Below, in pieces: positions 62,976 through 64,000 of a stretch of DNA of 64,000 nt (position 1 is the stretch's first letter; each line of letters begins with the position of its first letter). The position numbers and the translations under genes were made by a program. The stretch is taken from contig NC_043017.1 in NCBI RefSeq assembly GCF_006345805.1, forward strand, positions 28,086,001 through 28,150,000, given 5' to 3'. Under the pieces are notes generated by a model. That model had not been told where the DNA came from and did not search any database. It saw only the letters and a program-made list of their open reading frames with translations. The DNA comes from Octopus sinensis. Its lineage: Eukaryota.

Positions 62976-64000
62976 CTTTATATATATAATATTATTTCAA
63001 ATTAATAATTACACGGTAGCTGAATGTGGTTGAGGTGTCCCAGGAAACAATGGTCTCACTTGTGTGGGATTTAATTCCGAGGAGAAGCAAGTGGTATTTA
63101 GGAGAAAATAGGTAAACAATTGAAAACGGAGACAAACGCTCAATATGACATTTATATCTTCATATCTTCGACATACATTTCGATGGATGCATTCAAAATA
63201 CATCAGACAAAATAAATAATGATCAGCAATGCATCAATCCTATCAGGGAGGATATAAACAAGTGCTCGTCAAATAGACATTTTAACAAATATAAGAAACC
63301 ACGGAAAATGTGACAGATACATATGTATGTGTGTTGTGTGTGCATATGCCCACACTAACACACTCAAACATACACGCATATATATATATATATGGTGGCT
63401 GCCCCCTCGTTATTGATTTTGTCCATTGCACGAAGCTTGATCAATGTTGTTATCGTGCAATGCCTGTGCAAGAAGAGGTTTTTTTTTTTAGTGAGAAAAG
63501 GCTCTGCACAGAGTCAATCCCACTCACTAAGCAACAGCAGCTATAATCCGAAAAGAATAACAAGTCAACATCATCGGTAACCACTGAGCCGCAAGTTTTA
63601 TGTCGGAGTTATCCCAGTTACCTGAGTTACCTTCTCCCAGAAGGATGCCCTAACAAAGGCTAGGAGTGCTTCACTCCCAATGGTTTAACCGTACGATCGG
63701 GTATTCAGTCCGATTATTTCTATGTCCCCGCGCATGATACAGCCTTAAGACATTTATTGGATGGCCGTTGACTCTCAAGAGTTCCTCCGCCCTTCGACGG
63801 GTTTTGGTTTTCATCCCGCAGGGTGTCAACTAAATACCCACCTCAACAAGCAAGCTTGGTGGGGTTGCCGGTTTAGTCGCCGACGACCCGACCATGCAAC
63901 AGGTTGTACTGTGTTACATGTTACCAGTAGCACTCGAAAGTGACCTGACATAAATATAATATATACATATATTTTTATATATATACACACATAGATACAT

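Overview
Eukaryotic, very AT-rich, repeat-dense genomic DNA. The SINE families and (TA)n/(GATA)n density suggest an octopus or other coleoid cephalopod (inference). The only host coding sequence I can support is three + strand exons (19570-19824, 55061-55236, 61938-61991) that splice in frame into part of the amino-terminal domain of a kainate-type ionotropic glutamate receptor. They are separated by introns of about 35.2 kb and 6.7 kb, and the rest of the gene is outside the window or unrecognised. The remainder is intronic or flanking DNA: four tRNA-headed SINE families (my labels A-D), fragments of RTE, BovB-like RTE, R4/Dong and Penelope retroelements, two non-autonomous Helitrons, a TA-inserted MITE, long compound microsatellites, and a 100-N gap flanked by a probable false duplication. 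The most notable structures are: (1) a BovB-like RTE whose C-terminal 162 bp is amplified into 15 near-identical, codon-phased tandem copies; (2) three unrelated repeat families carrying minimal type I hammerhead-ribozyme-like folds, two of them in head-to-head inverted arrangements; (3) SINE-LINE 3'-end fusions; (4) a head-to-tail Helitron pair; (5) repeated in-register multimerisation of a 184-bp SINE unit; (6) a templated insertion of nearby DNA into a SINE. All family assignments were made by eye and from recalled consensus motifs, with no database search. SINE boundaries are approximate.
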